From: Akkermansia muciniphila
GTDB lineage: Bacteria > Verrucomicrobiota > Verrucomicrobiia > Limisphaerales > UBA9464
Length of the DNA: 39,317 bases
NCBI GenBank assembly: GCA_945861075.1
Contig: CAMATE010000001.1
Location: forward strand, 1 to 39,317
Direction: 5' to 3'
This document shows positions 35,201 to 39,317 of the stretch, piece by piece. Position 1 is the stretch's first letter; the number at the start of each line of letters is the position of its first letter. Position numbers and translations under genes: made by a program. Below the pieces are notes generated by a model. That model had not been told where the DNA came from. It made no database searches and saw only the letters and a list, made by a program, of their open reading frames with translations.

Positions 35201-36331
35201 ATGCCGTCGTCACCGGCCGGTGTTTCTGAGCAGGGTCTCGCCCTTCTGCGTGAACGTCTGCAGTCCATCCCGGATCTTCTGGAGGGCTGGGCGCGTTCGC
35301 CCGAGGCAGCACTGGCGGCACAGCCACGGATGATTCCGCGTCGCGTGGTGGCCACCGGTCTCGGCAGTTCTGAGGCCCACGCGCGGTACCTCGTGTGGTT
35401 GCTCAATCGCTTCACGGACATCCCGGCGGAATTCTTGCCCACCGGAGCCTTGTTGAGTCCCGAGCCAGGCCATTACCGCGATCGCACGCTGGTGGTTTTC
35501 AGTCAGGGGTTGTCGGCCCACGCCCGGATCGCCTTGAGCCGACGGAGCGATTTCGCCTCAACGGTGCTCTTCACCGCGGCCAGCCTGGAAGGGTTGCGCC
35601 GCAGTGGAAAACAGGACCGAGAGGATTGTCTCCAAGCCTTGCTGACTGAAGGAGCCGAAGTGATCCGGTTTCCACTGGAGGACGAATACACGCTGTTGAT
35701 CCGGGTGGTGGGTCCGGCATTGGGTTTTTTGGCGGCCCGGATTTGGGTCGGTGCCTTCGCCGGAAACACCTTGCCGGGCGATCCTCAGACCGTGGGAGCC
35801 GAGGCGGCGGCGGCGTTTCGCGGAGGCTGGGATGCCGGTCGACAGGCTTGGCCCCGGATGGAGCCGGCCGCGTTCGGCCAGGGCTTCGCTTTGCTGGTTT
35901 CACCCGACCTCAGCGAATACCTCCAGAATCTCGTCTTCAAGTTTGTTGAAGGGCTCTTTCATCCGGCACCGGATCTCCAGGAATTGCTCCAGTTTGCTCA
36001 CGGTCCCTTCCAGCAGTTGACCGCTTCGCCCAGGCCGGTGGTGGTCCTGCATCGCACTGGTGATCTCGAAGGCGAACAACTCCGAAGGATTCGGGCACTG
36101 TGCCGCACGGCGTCGCTGGAATGCCATGCCACCGTTTCGGGATTGGTGTCTCGAACCGACCTTCTGGTCTTCGAGGCGGAGGGGCTTTTCGCTGAGCCAT
36201 TGCTCCAGGGTGTGGAGCACGAGGGAATTGATCAGGTGTCCTGGCCGGGCCGCGGTTGGGATGGACCGCTGTACGACTACTCCGGGCCTTCGAGTCCGTC
36301 GTTTCCGGCATCCGCGAAACGGATGGGTTAG
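35201..36331 (+). CDS. hypothetical protein, possibly a degenerate double-SIS (sugar isomerase) domain protein
   Basis: 376 aa. VVATGLGSSEAHARYLVWLL and TLVVFSQGLSAHA resemble the SIS GxGxS...ISxSG pattern, and the size fits AgaS/GlmS-isomerase-like two-SIS proteins. The assignment is weak. Confidence 0.5.
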   Translation: MPSSPAGVSEQGLALLRERLQSIPDLLEGWARSPEAALAAQPRMIPRRVVATGLGSSEAHARYLVWLLNRFTDIPAEFLPTGALLSPEPGHYRDRTLVVFSQGLSAHARIALSRRSDFASTVLFTAASLEGLRRSGKQDREDCLQALLTEGAEVIRFPLEDEYTLLIRVVGPALGFLAARIWVGAFAGNTLPGDPQTVGAEAAAAFRGGWDAGRQAWPRMEPAAFGQGFALLVSPDLSEYLQNLVFKFVEGLFHPAPDLQELLQFAHGPFQQLTASPRPVVVLHRTGDLEGEQLRRIRALCRTASLECHATVSGLVSRTDLLVFEAEGLFAEPLLQGVEHEGIDQVSWPGRGWDGPLYDYSGPSSPSFPASAKRMG

Positions 36332-36356
36332 AGGCACTTTGCTGCAGCGTTCAGCT

Positions 36357-36851
36357 TCAGATGACCGACCTGAGCAACGGGGCGAGGTAGGTGTTGTGCT
36401 CGGCCATGTGACGCAGGCAGGGATCCAGTCGGAGAGCCCGTTGAACGCGTTCGCGTGCGGTCTCGGGATGTCCCACCAACGCCTCGTAGCACGCGAGATG
36501 GAAATTCCACAACCCATTGCCTTGGATGGTTTCCGGGGCCGACAGCAGGGCTTGACGGGCTTCCTCAAAGGTGCCGAGTTCATAGAGGCAGCAACCCCAG
36601 CCGATGAAGTCTTCCACGTCGGCATCCTTACGGGCGCACAGGGCTTCGAATGCCCGTGCCGCTTCGAACCACTGGCCATTTTGCTGGTGGATGACCGAGC
36701 GCAACTCCAGCACCTCCGGCTCCAGTTGATCCTGGGAGGGGAGTTGGTCGAGTTCCTGGAGGGCCGCCTCCATCATTCCTAGTTCGAAGTAGCCGACGGC
36801 GGCCTCCGTTGTCCGACTGAGTTTCGAAAACGGCACCCACCAAGTTGTCAT
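36357..36851 (-). CDS. small TPR-like repeat protein
   Basis: Only the C-terminal 164 aa (from ATG 36851) of ORF 36357..37766 lie outside the tatD-family gene. The helical-repeat sequence has A/G/W/Y positions typical of TPR (GYFELGMMEAALQEL, WGCCLYELGTFEEARQAL, WNFHLACYEALVGHPETARERVQRAL). Confidence 0.6.
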   Translation of the reverse strand: MTTWWVPFSKLSRTTEAAVGYFELGMMEAALQELDQLPSQDQLEPEVLELRSVIHQQNGQWFEAARAFEALCARKDADVEDFIGWGCCLYELGTFEEARQALLSAPETIQGNGLWNFHLACYEALVGHPETARERVQRALRLDPCLRHMAEHNTYLAPLLRSVI

Positions 36852-37818
36852 GGGTTGGCTGAAACTCAACTGGTCCGCATACAGAAGGTTTCCGCGACAG
36901 GGATTATGGGGCAAACTCATCCCCCATAGGAATCCATGCGTTGGTTCGATGCCCATAATCACTTGCAAGATCCCCGGCTGGGTCATGATCCCGTCGGGAT
37001 GGTGTCCACCGCGGCTGCGCATGGGATTGCCGGCATGGTCGTCAATGGAACTAGCGAAGCCGATTGGCCGCAGGTCCGGCGGTTGGCCGAACAGTGCCCT
37101 TCGGTGATTCCCGCCTTTGGGCTGCACCCGTGGCGGGTGTCGGCGCGGTCGGGAGCCTGGCGCGAGGTTTTGGTCGAGTGTCTGAATCACACCCCCCGAG
37201 TGGGACTGGGTGAGGTGGGACTGGACCGTTGGATCTTGGATCAACCCCTGGAGCGTTGCCTCGCGATGGGTACCGGGCCGCAGGGACCGGCTCCACTGGA
37301 AATCCAGTTGGAGGTGCTCGAGGTGCAGCTGGACTTGGCATCGGCGCGTGGCCTTCCCGTCACCCTGCATTGCCTGAAGGCTTGGGGAGCCTTGCTGGAT
37401 TGCCTGCGGCGGCGACCGCGCCTTCCGCGGGGTTTCCTGCTGCACAGCTACGGCGGGCCTGCCGAACTGGTGAACGAATGGGTTGGCCTCGGCGGCTGTT
37501 TCAGCATCTCGGGCCATTCCCTCCACCCGCGAAAGGCCACCCATGCGGCGGTCTTGCGGGCCATTCCCCGTGATCGTTTGCTCCTCGAGACCGATGCCCC
37601 GGATCAGTTGCCTCCGCCTGAGTGGGTGTCCCATCCGGCGACCGATGTGCACGGTCACCCGGTGAACCATCCGGCCAACCTCGTTCGTATTGCGGAGGGG
37701 GTCTCTGGCCTTTTGGGAATCCCGATCGAAGAATTGTCCGCCCAGTGTGAAGCGAACTGGATGCAATTCTTCGGACCGCGGCTTCAGGACGTGACCGAGC
37801 CGCTTCCCATGGGGTTCC

Positions 37819-38646
<828 letters not shown>

Positions 38647-38711
38647 CGCGGTGGCGCGGGTCTTTCGCAATCTCCGAATCGATCCAACCGGGGGCGATGC
38701 AGTCTGCGTCC

Positions 38712-39317
38712 TCACGAGTTGAGGTGCTCGATCCGTACTTCCACCTGCATTGTGCGCTCAGTCACGCCCTTGTAGGTGCCGCGAGTGGGCAGTGCATCGG
38801 AGTAGTCCCGTCCGATGGCCAGCTTGATGTAGTTCTGGTCGGGCTGCCGGTTGTGGGTTGGATCCAGGGCACGCCAACCGCATCCGGGCAGGAACACTTC
38901 GATCCAGGCGTGGCTGGCATTGGCATCGGCGGTATGCAGGTAACCACTCACGTACAAGGCGGGAATCTTCAGCGCACGGCAGAGGGCCAGCAGCACGTGG
39001 GCGAAGTCCTGACACACCCCCCGACGATCCGCGAACACGTCGCCGGAACGCGTCTTCACCGAGGTGACCAGCGGGGTGTAGGTGAACTCGCGATGGACGT
39101 AGGCCATCAAGGCTTGCGACGCCTGCCAGACGTCGGGTTCGTCTCCCACCACGTCCAGCGCTGTGCGCCAGACCTCCGGGTTGATTTCCACAAACTCGCT
39201 GGCCCCCAGAAAGTCGAAGCAGCGGTCCAGACGTTCGCACTCGGCCAATCGTTCCCGAGGGAAGGGGCGAGCCAGCGGATCGAGCCAGTTGGTCGAATGG
39301 GTGGTCACGCGGAACTG
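38712..39317 (-). CDS. transglutaminase-like domain protein, 5'-truncated by the window edge
   Basis: [28 protein letters not shown]...[21 protein letters not shown] is the Cys-His-Asp transglutaminase core. The frame stays open to the window end. Confidence 0.82.
   Translation of the reverse strand, partial: QFRVTTHSTNWLDPLARPFPRERLAECERLDRCFDFLGASEFVEINPEVWRTALDVVGDEPDVWQASQALMAYVHREFTYTPLVTSVKTRSGDVFADRRGVCQDFAHVLLALCRALKIPALYVSGYLHTADANASHAWIEVFLPGCGWRALDPTHNRQPDQNYIKLAIGRDYSDALPTRGTYKGVTERTMQVEVRIEHLNS

Noticed and set aside
36852-37766. Upstream 305 codons of the 469-aa minus-strand ORF 36357..37766.
   Set aside because: It is antisense to the TatD-family gene, which has all catalytic motifs. 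Only the downstream 164-aa TPR-like part lies in otherwise unoccupied DNA.

Overview
High-GC (by eye above 60%) bacterial chromosomal window. It is densely packed with housekeeping and core-metabolism genes, and Shine-Dalgarno signals look weak. The gene content (YgiQ radical SAM, GxGYxYP-family protein, Gfo/Idh/MocA, many GC-driven shadow ORFs) fits a PVC-type lineage, possibly Verrucomicrobiota. That lineage guess is inference only.

Gene order:
- a 5'-truncated hypothetical, then leuB and panE
- a repeat-filled spacer, then leuD (-)
- cysI-cysH-cysD, a DegT-family aminotransferase, then repeats
- ygiQ, an orphan hypothetical (-), and an MFS transporter (-)
- clpP-clpX, then a secreted repeat protein with highly-expressed-type codon usage
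- a minus-strand string: DUF1365, CFA-synthase-like methyltransferase, DUF1295, HemN-like radical SAM, moaC
- an ABC-F ATPase, a GlcF-like Fe-S protein, a repeat, a Gfo/Idh/MocA oxidoreductase, and an aldose-epimerase-like gene (-)
- mfd, a GxGYxYP-like protein, a YvlD/holin-like membrane protein, an L,D-transpeptidase, and a SIS-like protein
- a TPR protein (-), a TatD-family hydrolase, kdsA (-), and a truncated transglutaminase-like gene (-)

I found no defence island, CRISPR array, prophage, transposase, tRNA or rRNA, and I cannot honestly point to a clear multi-gene novel system. The least explained signals are:
1. A structured ~125-nt intergenic repeat family (M1). It has four copies, one of them inverted, with invariant stems and variable loops. 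It is combined with a second 85-nt hairpin module (M2).
2. A strongly terminated secreted protein of unknown family with expression-optimised codon usage.
3. A putative lipid-modification gene string lacking its usual flavin-oxidase partner. It is followed by a non-canonical HemN-like radical SAM gene whose stop overlaps the start of an orphan moaC.

All functional calls come from reading the translations by eye. No database search was run.
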